64,000 nucleotides of DNA from Balanoglossus misakiensis (Eukaryota > Animalia > Hemichordata). Position numbers and translations under genes: made by a program. The notes below the pieces were generated by a model. It saw nothing but the letters and a program-made list of their open reading frames with translations. It did no database searches and was not told the origin of the DNA. The stretch lies in contig CM082579.2 of assembly GCA_040954595.2 (NCBI GenBank), positions 10,777,625 to 10,841,624 on the forward strand. The letters are read 5' to 3'. This document shows positions 63,219 through 64,000 of the stretch, one piece after another (position 1 is the stretch's first letter; each line of letters opens with the position of its first letter).

Positions 63219-63442
63219 TTAGAGGGACAAAGTCTCTCTCTCGCTGGCCTTTTTCCATTAATTATGTTTGATATAAGACACCGTTTATGTTATTCTACAT
63301 GTGGATATATAGTGAATCAACGTTCAACCACACATAACTTCCATCCAACTTGTAGACATGAGATTGAAAAAACTTGCCAAAATGAATAATCGTTCTCTAC
63401 CATTTATTTATTTTGGACGAGTTTTTACTCTCATATCATACA
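63219..63442. mobile_element. Truncated MITE family A copy in a CYFIP intron
   Basis: Left TIR agggacaaagtctctctctcg plus internal homology. Confidence 0.75.
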
Positions 63443-63865
63443 AGTCGTTTGCAAATACACTTTGTCTGCCAATGAATGGACACAAATTTGATTCATTTAG
63501 AATCAAACTGAACTGGAAACTAATTAAGACTGGCCTCTACAGGACACAGCAAAATAAACATTGACAGTTTCAGTGATTAGATTAAAATAGCTATTTCCAT
63601 TTTATTGTCCGATTGATAATCTGGAATCTCTCCTTTTCAAACTACCTGTTATGTGAAGCCAAATGTTTGTCATTCAATTTCAAAGGTGATTGAGCCTGAT
63701 ACAGCTCTGACATTGAAAGGTGACATTCTGACTTCCAAATCTGAATATCACCCATCAACAGCACAATGGCTGGACAAATACAGCCATATTTGACCTGCAA
63801 CAAGGTCATTTTTGATTGGTTAATGCCTTTGTCACCATGAACAAGTACCCCCTGGTCATATTGAA

Positions 63866-64000
63866 TACTGTAAAACACTTTATTTTCGTGAGTTGAAATT
63901 TTCGCGATATCGAGAGAGGCCACTGTTTCGCGTTCTCTTAGTTCATTCACTGCATCGTTAAATGTGACTTTTTTATTTTCACACTATTTTGGCTCTCGCG
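63866..64000. mobile_element. MITE family B copy running off the window end
   Basis: ta-ctgtaaaacactttattttcg TIR. Confidence 0.8.

Overview
AT-rich, intron-rich animal genomic DNA, probably a marine invertebrate (taxon not determinable from the sequence). Manual splice reconstruction gives, in order: the last exon of a KLF5-like gene (+); a convergent 7-exon KLF3/8/12-like gene (-) whose first three exons encode a complete ZFAND2-type AN1 zinc finger; a divergently transcribed 3-exon SMIM20/phoenixin microprotein gene that the ORF track misses (+); ZFAND2B/AIRAPL (-) lacking its first exons, with a non-autonomous split-direct-repeat (Ngaro/PAT-like) retroelement carrying an apparently spliced gag in one intron; a head-to-tail pair of ~5.5-5.8 kb piggyBac elements; WDR55 (-) lacking its 3' half; PGAP2 (+); an intronless 550-aa putatively secreted coiled-coil ORF (-); and the last exon of CYFIP (-). 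Many MITEs with TTAA, TA or 9-bp target duplications are scattered throughout. The most notable observation is the apparent AN1-KLF chimeric transcription factor, which may derive from exon shuffling from the neighbouring ZFAND2 gene. Second is that the piggyBac tandem sits exactly where half of WDR55 and the start of ZFAND2B are missing. All gene models are inferred from sequence alone, with no transcript support.
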